64,000 bases of DNA from Euglena gracilis (lineage: Eukaryota), in contig CP154954.1 of NCBI GenBank assembly GCA_039621445.1, positions 32,589,455 to 32,653,454 of the forward strand, in the 5' to 3' direction. Shown one piece after another: positions 13,658-25,281 of this stretch. The number at the start of each line of letters is the position of its first letter. Position 1 is the first letter of the stretch. The translations under genes and the position numbers were made by a program. The notes under the pieces were generated by a model, which did no database searches, was not told the origin of the DNA, and saw only the letters and a program-made list of their open reading frames with translations.

Positions 13658-15624
13658 AGGGTTTCAGCCCTCTGGGCTCACACTATGTGGGCCTGGGGAG
13701 CCCAGACTCCCAGATTATGAATCACAGGAGGACAGCGACGAAGAAGCAAGCCACAGCCATGACAGCCCCAGCCATTGCGGCCAGGGCCAGCAGCTCCTGG
13801 CCTTTGCCGGGCATGCCCAGCCGGACCCCCAGCAACCAGAACCATCTGGGTCCGGCATGGCATTGCCCAGCAGCCTGGGACTGCTCTCTGGCATGCCCAG
13901 CTTGGTCATGTCAGGGTTTGTGCATGACATGACCAGGCAGGTCATGTGGCAATTTGCAATGCGAGGGAAGATCAAAGAAGAAGAGGAAGAACGAGCAGAA
14001 GAAGAAGACGAAGAAGAATTTGCAGGCCATGCCCAGCCCCTTCTATTGGAGGCGGGGCCCTGGCGGAACCCTGGGGATGCCCGGCCGGCACATGCGCCGG
14101 TGAGCCATGTCGGGTCTGGGCATTTCCCAGCTGGACCCGACCATTGCTCGCTGGTGCATGCCGGGCCCGGTCATGATGGGCCCCAAGGACATGCCCCAGA
14201 CGGAACCACCCAATGGCAGCTGCAGGAGCTGCCCCCAGCAGGGGAAATGGTGGAGGACGAGGACCAGACGGCCCAGGGGGGGTTGGTGCCAGAACAGAGC
14301 CCGAAGGGGAGGCACCCCCCGAACCCCCCCCAGAGGCTGTGGGAGGAGGCGGAGGCACAGGCCGCTGCCTCAGTGGTTCTGGGGCAGGAGATCCAGCGGT
14401 TGGATGGTTGGGTTGGCGACCTGCAAAGTCGGCTTGCTGAAGCGGGGGCCACCACAGCTGCTTCAGTTAGCCATCTGGAGCAGTTGGTGTCCTTGCAGTT
14501 TCAGCGGGTGACAGAAAATTTTCAAGGAGTGGTGGGGCAAATGGAAAGCACCCAGGCTGGGCTAGCGTCCCAGCTCGCCGAAAACTTTCAGAAACTGCAG
14601 GATAAACAAATGCAAAATTTTGCTGGGGGGATGACAGCCCTCAGCGAGCTGGTGACCAGCCGGCTGAGCGAAAGCCTCGGGACGGTGGCCCAACTAGCCC
14701 AGCGGGTCCAGGGGCTCGAGGCCATCGCCAGCCAGGGTCACCAGCCAGCTGAAGGGCAGGGGTTCAACGAGGCGATGGCTGGGCGGGTGAAAAATTGTGA
14801 GGAGCTGCTCATCACCTCCGTCCGGACGACAGAGGAGGTGATGAGGAGCCAGGAGCTGGCCAGCGGGCGTCAGCAGGCCCAGGCCGAGGCCTTGGACCAA
14901 AAATTAAACCAGCGGACGGGTGAACTCGGGGGGCTGCGAGAAAAAAATGCAGGGATTGCACAGGCCCTGCAAAATTTTCGAGCAGAGCTCGACGGACAGG
15001 CCACAGCCATCGCTGAACAACAAGGGACCATAAGGGAAGACATAAGGGAGCTAAGGGCCAGGGCTGAGGGGCAGGGGCACAGCCTGCAGGAGCTGTGGGC
15101 CGAGGTCACCACCCACGGGCAGGTGATCCAGGCCCACAACGCCCTGCTCCTGGAGGTGGACTCAACAATAAAGGGGGTACCAAAAGAAAATGCCGAAATA
15201 AAAAATCGGCTTTCCGTTTTGGAAATCAAAATCGAAAATTTTGAAAAATTTTGCCCCCCCATCCAAGAGCTACCAGGGCCACCCAGAGGAGTGGGGCCGG
15301 ATAGCGAAGACCCCCAAGGCCCCGAAGCCAGAGTGCCCCCGGCAACCACAGACCAGACACAGCCCATGCCGGGGGCCCAGAGTGCCAATGGCTCGGGTGC
15401 CGCGGGGGGCAATATGCCTCCTGGCCCCCAGCACCAGCTCCCAGCCCATCCCAGCCTGCTGGGAGGCAAGGGACCTGTGGCCCCCCAGGGGCTCTCTGCT
15501 GGCCCCAGCAGCGGGGCAGCGGAGACAGTGACCCAAATTCCCGGGGAAGTGGTATCCCCGGGCCCAGCTTCTGTGACTGCAGTTTTTCCCAATGGGTTTT
15601 CGGGTTCTGGCCCCCAGAGACCAA

Positions 15625-15765
15625 GGGGCAGCCAGCCCCCGGGTCCCATGGCTGCGGGGGGCAGCCTGCCCCAGGGCCCCACGGCTGCGGGGGGCAGCCA
15701 GCCCCAGGGTCCCAGGGCTGCGGGGGGCAGCCAGCCCCATGGTTCCATGGCTGCGGGGGGCAGTC
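15625..15765 (+). repeat. 33-bp coding tandem repeat x4 (GSQPxGPxAAG)
   Basis: ggggcagccagccccngggtcccanggctgcg units. Confidence 0.85.
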
Positions 15766-16579
15766 CAGTCCAGGTCCCCGCTGCTGGAGGGACCCCAGCT
15801 GCCCAGCGTTCGGGTTTCAGGGGGTGGATTGGGAAGAAGCGGAACGCCAGATAAAAGCTCACGGATTTTTTTAATTTTTTGGCCATGTTGGGAGCCCAGG
15901 AGCAGCAGCAACAGTCTCAGCAACATTCACGAACAACGGGACAGTCCAGCACAGCGAAACCACAGGCAGCAGGCACAGCAGATCTACAGGGCCAGGGCAG
16001 GGATCAACCTGGGGTGAAACCAGCCGAGCACCAGTGGCCCCCCCCCAGCCCCGTGGGTTCCCCGCAGGAGGGGAGTTCACTGGGGCAATGGACCCTTTCG
16101 CTTGGGCCCCTGAGGCTGGGGCAGCATCGTGCAGCGCTGCCCCTCTGGCCTTTGGGTCCCAGGACACGGGAGCCTGGGTCCGGGGGGTCCAGGCAGCTCC
16201 GGTCCACGTGGCGCCAGCAGTCCCCAGCCCAGCAGCCAGCATATTTTTGGGGCCGCTGGCGAAACTCCCCACCAAAGACCTTGTAAAACCAGAGCTGAAA
16301 GGGGATTTTCATGATTTTTCGGTAAAATTTCAGCTTTACATGCAGCAGGTTTGCACGGGACAGCCAGTGAGGGAGGAATTTAAAATGCTTGTTCTGACCG
16401 GCTGCCTGGACCACAGCAGCCGGCTGGAACTCCAGCGGCGACAGGAAATGGGGGAACGGGTCCGGTTCCAGGATTTTTGGAACGGGCTGGCCCAGAAATA
16501 CGGCGGTGACATCCAGGCCTCGCTGCATGAGCAGCTCAGGGCCGGCCCTCAGACCGGTTAACACGGGTAAGTTAACCCT

Positions 16580-17038
16580 CCCAGCGTGGCGTAGCTGTCA
16601 GACCGTTCCTGGCACCGCAGCTCGTTTTCAGCATGTCGAAAAACCTCTTCCAATCCCAGCTTTGTTTCGTGGGGGGTGATTTTCACTGTATTGTCCCCAT
16701 GCAGCGTGGCCCCGTTCCTCATCATCAGCCTCTCCAGCGCCCGCCGGCTGTAGAGCTTGATGAGGAAGGATTCCCGGTGTGCCCTGACTGTCACCGGCTC
16801 CCCCTCACCCACAGCCTCCTGGGCGAGCTGTGTTGCATTTTCCGCCGTCAACCCAGGGATGTGCCACAGCCGCACTGTGGGCGCATCCTGATTTTTCCGT
16901 GTCTGTTCCCTGATTATGGCCCTTCGCATGGAATCTGGGAGCTGCTGTAAAAACAGGGCCTGTGCTTCCTCCTCAGAGGGGTTTTCCATCCGGCAGAAAA
17001 TTAATTTAAACTGACTTTCATATTCACGCAGGTCACCC
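16580..17038 (-). other. Inverted segment of element B gag
   Basis: Minus-strand GDLREYESQF...DSYATLG joins the plus-strand ...VNTGKLTL and aligns with A gag VNEGKITRADLQEF... Confidence 0.88.
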
Positions 17039-17999
17039 AGCCCGGGGCAAAAGGGGAAGGGGTTCGGCAAGGGAGCTGGCAAGGGCGGCTCAGAGCCAGG
17101 TCCCCAACCCCTCACCCAGCCACCAACAGGGAACAAACCTCCCCGAGGAGCCCCCGGAGTGGCCCCTTGGTGGACCAGCCCTGCAGCCAGTGCGGGGCCA
17201 CAGATCATTGGTCTCGGGAATGCCCTGGAAAAAATGTTATGAGTGTGGGAAAACGGGACATCTGGCACGATATTGCTGGTGGAGAAAGGGAAAGGGGAAG
17301 GGGGCGTCCACACCCCCACGGCGGGGGAGTGCCTGAAAAAGCGGGGGCCAGAAGGGAGGGGACGGGGACCCAGGGTGCCCCCAGCACGGCCCTCGGAAGG
17401 GGGGTAAGGAACAGGCTCACGGAGAGGGTTGGGTTTTGGTCAAGGGAAGGTCCAAAGGCAGATCCGGACCTGAACCTGCACGGTCCCCCCAGCCCCCCCT
17501 GACTGAGACACGAAAAGGGGCTGGGGGGGCCAGCAGGCCCTCTCATTCGACTCTGCCAACCCCTGGTCTGCGCTTTTCACCAGTGAGGGCAGGCCAGGGG
17601 GGGGCTCGGGTCGGAGTTCAGATTCGGGACAAAGGGGGAAGGGACACAAGGCGGCTGGCCCTCCGCAGCAAGCCGCCCAGGGGTCTTCGGGGTCCAGCAC
17701 ACCCGGTCTACCGCAGATCACAACACCAGGAAGGGAGGGGAAAAACACAAAACAGAAAAAGAAAAAACAAAAAAACAAAACGCTCTCACAGGCATCAATC
17801 AGGGAGGCAGCGAGGGAGGTCATCAACGTTCCCCAAACTATCAGGGGCATGGATGAAACCGCCCCCAGCACGGAAAGGCATTCAGGTTTTTCGATTCGGC
17901 AGGTGAGGTGCGTCAGGACCGCACCTTCCACCTCAACCCCCACACCACCCCCAGCACCACTCCCAGCCCGTTCCTCAGGGTTTGGGAGGTCGCCCTTCC

Positions 18000-18410
18000 G
18001 GTGGATCTCCCAGGACCACCACGTCCGGGAGGAGTACGTCAGGGACGTACTCCGCCGCCTGGGGGTCCAGCCAGAGGTCGACGCCTTTTCTGCCAAAGAA
18101 AACCGCAGGTTTGTCCGCTGGTGGGGGCCAGGGAGTGGGGAAGGGGAAGATGCCTTCAAACAGGACTGGGGCAGGGAGGTTTTGTGGATCAACCCACGTT
18201 ATAAAAAAATACAGCATGTTCTCGAAAAAATCAGGAGGGATCAAGCCCACGCCATCCTGGTGATCCCCAGGTGGCCGGGGCGGCGTTGGTACAGGGAGGC
18301 CAGGGGCTTGTCAGTGCGCCAAGTCACGTTCCCTCAGGGAACACGATTTTTCGGCAGAGGGGAGGAGTTGTGCCGGGGACCAAGTGGCCCACCACAGCCT
18401 TTTTGCTGTG
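18000..18410 (+). pseudogene. Element B Dam-like N6-adenine DNA methyltransferase domain
   Basis: EVDAFSAKENRRF (SAM-binding region), DAFKQDW, LWINPRY (NPPY-like, 18191-18202), AILVIPRWPGRRWY; same motif order as the DIRS MT domains in this window. Confidence 0.8.
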
Positions 18411-18579
18411 TGGGCACCCAGACCGGTGCACGCTGGAGGAGGTGATACGAAGGGGGAGGGAGAAAAAAAACAGGTTCGGGACACATTTTTCAGGGCCACC
18501 CCCAGGGACCGGGGGGGCCACAGGGGAGGTCAAGCCGGCACACCTGGGGCAGGTGGGGAGAGCGGACCAGCCAAGGCGG

Positions 18580-19180
18580 ATGCTGGACCTGTTCTGCGGG
18601 ACAGGTTCAGTAGGGGACGTCTACCGCAGCCTGGGTTACCAGGTCACGTCGGTGGACGTGGACCCCAGGTGGCGGCCAGACATTTGTGTTGACGTGCTGA
18701 AATGGAATTTTAAAAAACAGTTTCAGCCGGGGTATTTTGAGGTGGTGGTGTGCGGGGTCCCCTGCACCGAATTCAGCCTGGCGCTGACCACCAGGGAACG
18801 AGATTTAAATTGGCTGATCGGCTGGTGCAGCGGGCCCTGGCCATCATCAGATACCTCCGCCCACGGCGGTGGTGGCTGGAAAACCCCCGGTACGGGTACC
18901 TGCGGACCCGCAGGTACATGGCAGGGATCCCACACGTGGACGTGGATTACTGCCAGTATGCAGACTGGGGCTACCAGAAGCCCAGCCAGGATATGGGGCA
19001 GCCCCCATGTCCTGGGTCTCCGGCCACGGGTGTGTGACGGCCGGACCTGCACCAACCTGGAAAGCCCAGTACCGGAGGGGGGACGAAAGGGACGGCACAA
19101 AATTCGGCTCAGCAGCAAACACCAAAACCTGCCCAGGCACCTGAAATATCGGAACCCAGAGGCACTCATCCGTGACCTGG
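18580..19180 (+). pseudogene. Element B C5-cytosine DNA methyltransferase domain (2 frameshifts)
   Basis: MLDLFCGTGS (motif I), SVD, GVPCTEFS (motif IV), WWLENP (motif VI), VDYCQYADWGYQKP (motif VIII region). Confidence 0.88.
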
Positions 19181-19289
19181 CCACAGCACCGGCACCGGAG
19201 GCCCACGCTGCCGGGTCTCCGGAGCCAGAGCGGGACCCCCAGACAGAGCGAGGGGTGCCCTCGGTCTTGCTCCGTGAGGTGGGGCGGGG

Positions 19290-19377
19290 TGCCAGTGAAC
19301 GGCAGCTGCTGATGCGGGTGCAGGCCAGCGGGCCAGACGGACAGACCCACTTCATCAACGCCCTCATTGACACAGGG
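19290..19377 (+). pseudogene. Element B aspartic protease, N-terminal half
   Basis: QLLMRV...INALIDTG; continues as AEVNLV at 38350. Confidence 0.88.
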
Positions 19378-19977
19378 TATCGGCTGCCGCTGGCGTCGGC
19401 AGCCAAAAAATTCCCAAAAATTCCCAAAAAACCCCCGGTAGGAATAACCAAAGCAAGTCAACCGCCACGCGAGTGGAATTGGAACCCCAGCAAATTCCAG
19501 GAAGAATTTTCAGAATTCGATTTGAGAATCACAGAAGTAGAAAAGTCAATTGAGAATTGAAGAATCAAAAGAGACAATTCCAAAGAAGCCAAGGCATTCA
19601 TTTCCATGTTATTTTTTCCTCTCAACTCCTGAACTCAAAGGTACTCACCTACCCTCTCCAGCCAGGTTTGTTTTGTGCTGTGATTTGCTCACCTAAGTAG
19701 GTGGGTTGGTTTTGTCATTGTTGAATTTCATCCTGAAAGTTCAAAGTTGGAAAATGGGAAAAAACCAACAATGGAGGGAAAAAAAGATCCTACGCGGGGC
19801 AACTGCGGACCCCGGGTCGGGGGGGGCACACCTCACCCCCTTTACCGCCGGTTGGCATCTTCGAAAACGGGGCCCAATTTCAGAAAGGCCCTGGCCTGAG
19901 CCCTCCAGGGCCGGAAAAAAGTGGTTGCGGCCCCGGCAGCCCCCCCGGGGGGCGAGCGGGGTCCCCGACCCCCAACA
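19378..19977 (+). repeat. Element C 5' LTR
   Basis: TATCGGCTGCC (TG in other copies)...CCCCAACA. Confidence 0.93.
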
Positions 19978-21056
19978 TGGTACGCAGAGGTGGCTTCACT
20001 GACTCTGTCAGTGAAGAATTTTTAGATTCCGTTGATGAAAAAGAAATCAAAGAATACTGTGACCAATTCAAATTGTTGGGAATTGAATTCAGTGATACCC
20101 AAACAGAGGAACAAAGAAAAAGGGAAGCTGAACTTCTGGCGTCTCAGAGGGAGTTTTGGAAACTCAGATGTGAAGCAGCCATTGGACATTCTCATGGCCC
20201 TGACTCATCTTCTCCATGTCAATCTTGTAAACCATCAGGGGTAAGCCCAACAAGTTCACTGCCAGGAGAACCTGAAGTTAAAAAAGAAAGTTTTGACCCT
20301 TGTCCAAATGTTTTGCAAATGAGACGTGTGCGGTGTGAATCTGAATCCGGACAGCTGAGTGTCAAATCAGACAGTGTGGAAACTTCAGAGGTCACAAAAC
20401 CTGAAACTTTTTATGACCCTTGGGATGAGTGGTGGCAAAAAGTTGAGGCAGGTATCACAGAATTGTTTTCAAACACTTTTTCTCTGAACGAGAGACTGAC
20501 GAAACTGGAGGAAGTGCCCAGCCAAAGTGAGTCCAGCCACTTGGAGGGACGGATGGCTGAAATTGAAACCCGTCTGAGAAATTTGGCAGATGGTTTTCAT
20601 GACCTTTTCACACGAACTTGCAGTGAAATCGAAAATCGTTTTTCTGAAAGGATCCAGTCCCTGTGTGAGAAGGGCGAGGCTCTGTAAAAACGGCTGGAGA
20701 GTGAAGAAAAGATCCTGGAGGAACGGCTGAAAATGCTTGAACTACAAATCGCTGAAAAGTTACAGCCCAGTGAAATTAAATTACCAAGTCCAGAAAATTT
20801 TATGCCTGTGAACCTGACTTCTGGGCATGTCACAAATTTGCAGCCGTCATCAGTGTCTTCTGAGAAATCTTCCTCAGATTTTGCCGCACAGCCAAGGAAA
20901 TTAAGACAGGCAAGAAAATTCTGGAGACCTGCCAAAAACAGCTGGAACGACTTTCAATTTTTGAGTCCAAGTTGGTTTCAAGATTGGTGGGGCTGGGACT
21001 GGCGTTTAAATCCCTGGAACAGCTGGGGGTGGTATCCACCGTATCAGTGGTGGTGA
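19977..21056 (+). pseudogene. Element C ORF, unknown acidic/coiled-coil protein with Trp-rich tail; one in-frame stop
   Basis: ORFs 19977-20687 and 20733-21056 share a frame, separated by TAA 20685-20687. Confidence 0.5.
19978..19990 (+). promoter_or_regulatory. Element C PBS (tRNAiMet-like, 1-nt insertion)
   Basis: TGGTACGCAGAGG. Confidence 0.75.
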
Positions 21057-24000
21057 TTTTTCTTTCAGCACAAGTCTAACCACTGACTGGCACCGCACAG
21101 CACTTTACAGTGATCAGTATGTTTTTGTGGTTTGTTTGTGGCTTTGTTTTTTTTTGTTTCATACGTCTCATGGTGATTTGGTGTTGGAGGCAGATGCGCA
21201 ATCAGCCAGAATTTAAATCTGGATTTTCAGTTCACAGAGTTTGGCTTATGGAAAAACAGCCAAGTCAAACATTTTGAATCTGGTTTCTGGGGTGCATGTT
21301 TTTTCCCCAGTTGCTTTCCACTTAAATGGAGACGCCCAGCCACGATGCTTGGGATTTTTCTCCTAGTGTTCAGGCAGCCAGATCAATGATTTCAGTTTCA
21401 TTTTCAGTTTCAGGGTTTTCAGTTTTCAGTTGTCCCAAATGTCATTGGGGCGGGGCACGGCATTGACATGTGTCACCATCCCAGACGGGGACAAATCAGG
21501 CATTTCAGGTGGGATCATTGTTTGTGTTTTTGCTGGTCCTTTTTGTCACGGGACAGTTTTTCCAGAGAGAAACTTTACCCCGGACAAGGACACATGTTGG
21601 AGAATCGGCACAGTTTTTGGGATTTTCAGTCCAGTTTCATAGTGGTTTTCGAGTGTGGCAGCCCAGCAGTCCTGTGGCAGGATTTATCTGGGTTTTTGCC
21701 AAATCCTGGGGTCGGGGGGAGACCTCCGATGGACCACTCGAACCAAAAAGTTTTTTGGAAAGCGCGCAAAGAGGGGTTCCAATGGTGGGGCTAGACCCAG
21801 GCCAGGAATAAACACCCCTGTGGCCACCCATCTAAGGGCTCAGGAAAGGTTTCAATTTTCAGTCAGTGGGAACCAAGGTGGATAAACCCAGGAGGAAAAG
21901 ACACCCCTGAGGTAAGTCCATTTTTGGGCCCATCAGTGGCATCATCATCATTTAGTTCAGTTTTTCAGTGAAAAATCTGTTGATCTGTGGGTAACACTTT
22001 CTGTTGCATTTTTTTCAGCTGTAGGAGTCTGCTTAAGGGAGAATCACATGAGGCCTCACAATGCAAAACTCCTGAGGGCAATTTTTACAGTTTTGGGGCT
22101 TGCATACACAGTTTTCGTGTGACCCATTTGATGGATCAAGATAAGATTTTTAAGTGCCGTTTTGGTTCAGAGTTCAGTGGCATTTTCAGGTTCGGTTCAA
22201 TGAGAAAATTCAGAAATCTGCCTTCTGTGTTGCCATGGTGAATTTTGTGCGTGTGTGTATGCTTTGTCATGCAGGTTCAAGCAATCAATCAAACAGCAGC
22301 ACCGAAGAGAATCAACGCAAAAGAATTTGAGAATTTCAAGGTTGATTTGTTCAACAAGTTCAAGTTTGTTGACTGGGACAATGATGATTACATTGACATT
22401 GAACTACATTGAGAGCTAAAACAGACAATTCATCAAGTAATTTGATTGAATCAATTGAATTCAAAGTTGCAACAGTTTGAGAATGAATTCAAAGACTGGG
22501 ATTTTGAACATTGGAATGAGATGGAGAACAGATTTCAATGACATTAATGAGATCCAAGCAATTGACTCACATGATTACAATTGTCATGATTGAAATGCTG
22601 GGGAGAGAAGCGTAATGGCTGACCCCAAAGAGCCTGCAGTGGGCAGTGGCCCGATGCACGGCCAAAGCCCAGGTCCAGGCCCAGGTTGGCTGCTCCCACA
22701 GCGCTGAATCAGATTTTTCATGTTTTTGGGTCTCAGAATTTCGCTTGTGGTTTGGAGCCAGTTTTTCTCCCCTCCTGGTGCAGCTGGGGGGGGGGGGGCT
22801 GTGTTTAGCCATGTTTTTTGTTGGTGTGGTGGATCAAAATCAGTTTTGGCTCTACGGTTGGAATTTTTTGACTTAGAATTGGATACCCCTGTGAGACGTT
22901 TGGGTGGGGACAGGAATGCATCATTTTGTGACCGTGACTGTTTTTGGTCACACCCCAGATTGTGACGGGGTTTGATGAAATTTCCATTTTTCCCATTTTA
23001 TTTGTCGAATGGGGATTCTGATTTTGCAGCCAGGAATTTTTAACCCATGGCCCTCCCCGCATTGGTTGACGGTGGGGGGAGGGGGCATTGTGCATTGTGA
23101 AGACCCATCCTTTGAGGAGGATCAGTTTAATTTCAGCCGGTTGGGACATTACGGCCCAGGTTTGTGAATTTATTTTTTGTTTGGAGGCTGAAGCCAGATT
23201 GCCCCCCATGGCCCCATGTGATTGGGGGGGGGGCAGCGAAAAATCGCTTTGGCTGAGAAAATTGGATTTGAATTTTCAGTATTTTTGAGTTTGCCATGTC
23301 ATTTGACCATTTGACCCCCATTGCCCCGTGTGACTGGGGGGGGGGGGGGCAGTGAATTTTAATTGGCAAGCCAGATTTGTTGGTTTTACGGCTCCAGTGA
23401 ATCGGTTGGGCCCAGGGTTGAGCTTGATTGGCCTGGCCTGGCCCCTATGCAACGGTATGCTGCTGGATGTTGCTTCTGTTGGGTTGGTTGCGCTCGGTTG
23501 GACTTTGTTTGTTGTACATGGCAGTTGGAATTTTGGATCTTGTTGAGGGCTTTTGTAGGCCCTGGGTTGGACTCAGATTTTTTGATTTTTTTGAGGATTT
23601 TTTGTTTCTGGAGGATGTTTACACAAAGAGTTGGAAAAAACCTGGGATTTTGATGATTTTTCTGGAGGATGAAAAAACGAGTTGGGATTTTAAAACTCAG
23701 TTTTTTGATTCGGTTTGGACTATTGGATATTGGTCAAAGGCATTTTTTCATGGAACACAGCTTGGAGGCATCCGAACTCGGGGGGGGGGGGGGACGCTGG
23801 ACCGGAGATGACCCCTCCTCCGTCCAAAGGCCCTGGTGTGGGCCATTAAAAAAAAAAAACACCAGCCACGTGGGCACCAAAGCCCTGTGATATAGTGGCT
23901 GAGGGCCAATGTGAAGCCCTGTTCCCTTTGCGTTCAAAAAAAAATCGGCCCAGTCGTTTCGGTTGGAATGCATGACAAGGAAGTGAGCGTGCATACACAC

Positions 24001-24173
24001 AAAACACACAACCGCACACGCACACGAACCCGCACACCCTTGTACACTATTCCATATAACCGTCTCACCTTTTCACTGTTGCTCACCGTTTGCTTTTTCT
24101 TACCCTCACCGTTTCACCTTTTCTGTCCCGAATTGGAAAGGAATGCCTAGGTTTCTGGTTTTCTTTTTCCCAC

Positions 24174-25281
24174 TGACGACCTTTTGAGGTCGACCGCCGG
24201 GCGGCGGAGTTTTTCCCTTTTAGAAGGCCTTTTTAAGGGCGGTTTAGCTCTAATTTTAAGGCTTTCTAAAGATTTCCATTAAAATTCCCTCTCCTAGGGC
24301 GCCCATGGTTTGGTTGTGCAAGGAGAGAGATTGAGTGATGCTAGGTATTCCCAAAGGGAGATTTTGGGTCTATTTAGCATATTTTTAAGCTTTTTATGCA
24401 TTTTTCCTTTGGTTTTAAGGGAAAATGTTGGATTTGGTGAGAGCGCTTGCAAGCGCTTGGAACAGAATTTTAAGAGATTGGCGCCTGAGTTCCTGGAGTT
24501 TTTGCAGGGGTTTGCAAAGCTCAATAGTGATGGAATTCAGCATAATTTATCAAAATCAAGGGGGGAAACCTTGATTTTGACCTGGGTTGGTTGATTTTGA
24601 TGCAATGGGCAAGAATTTGGGATTTGAGAGCGCTTAGGAATCAGCGCACTCAATCCTAAATTTAACTGCCCATCAAGGGCATCAAAATCACTTTCTTTTC
24701 ACAGGGTTTTCCTCTTCACTTGTTTCACCACTGAATTTGTTGTGTCAATTACAACCAATTACATTCAATCATTGAACTTGGATTTACAGTTGGAATTGCA
24801 AATGGAAGGACAACAAATCAATCAAGAAAGCTCAATTGAAGAAGGTGAGGTTTGTCTTCCCCCCACCTCATCTGTGGGAAAAGGGGCAGGGGGGTGGGAC
24901 TCCTCAAATCAAGCAACCACAGGCCAATTTTCACCCCAAAACCCCCTTTTTGGCCCAGAAACTGTGAGAAATGACACCCAGGGTGGGATGTTGGCTCTCA
25001 CTGGCTCAGCTGAGCAGGGAGGGGTCGAAACCCCAAAGGCACCCCCCTTGGAGATCCCAGTGACACCCCCCTCAGGGGTCGGGAAGGGTCCACTGGGAGG
25101 TTCCTCCTTGGAAATGATGGCCCAGTTTCGGCCACAGGGGGGGCCAGAATGGGAAAAAATTTCCGACACAAGTCGGATCGAGGAGCCAAAAAAACGATCC
25201 TACGCCGGAAACTGGCCCGGGGCGGGGGTTTCCGCTTCACCCCAGTGCTGCCGAGGGACATGGCAGCACGGGTGTGAAACA
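24174..25281 (+). repeat. Element A 5' LTR
   Basis: TGACGACC...GTGAAACA, repeated at 36173 and 46994. Confidence 0.95.

Larger units (their letters stand above)
13467..17502 (+). pseudogene. gag: Element B gag (coiled-coil N-terminus, capsid-like region, CCHC knuckle); frameshifted, with an internal inversion
   Basis: 795 aa ORF starting in the LTR; capsid-like 16034-16578; CSQCGATDHWSREC at 17182-17223; similar to element A gag. Confidence 0.8.

Noticed and set aside
14870-15926. Long minus-strand ORFs opposite B gag
   Set aside because: Shadow frames of GC-rich coding sequence
18000-19180. Bacterial restriction-modification system or contamination
   Set aside because: The MTases lie inside LTR-bounded gypsy elements, contiguous with the protease; no endonuclease or operon structure
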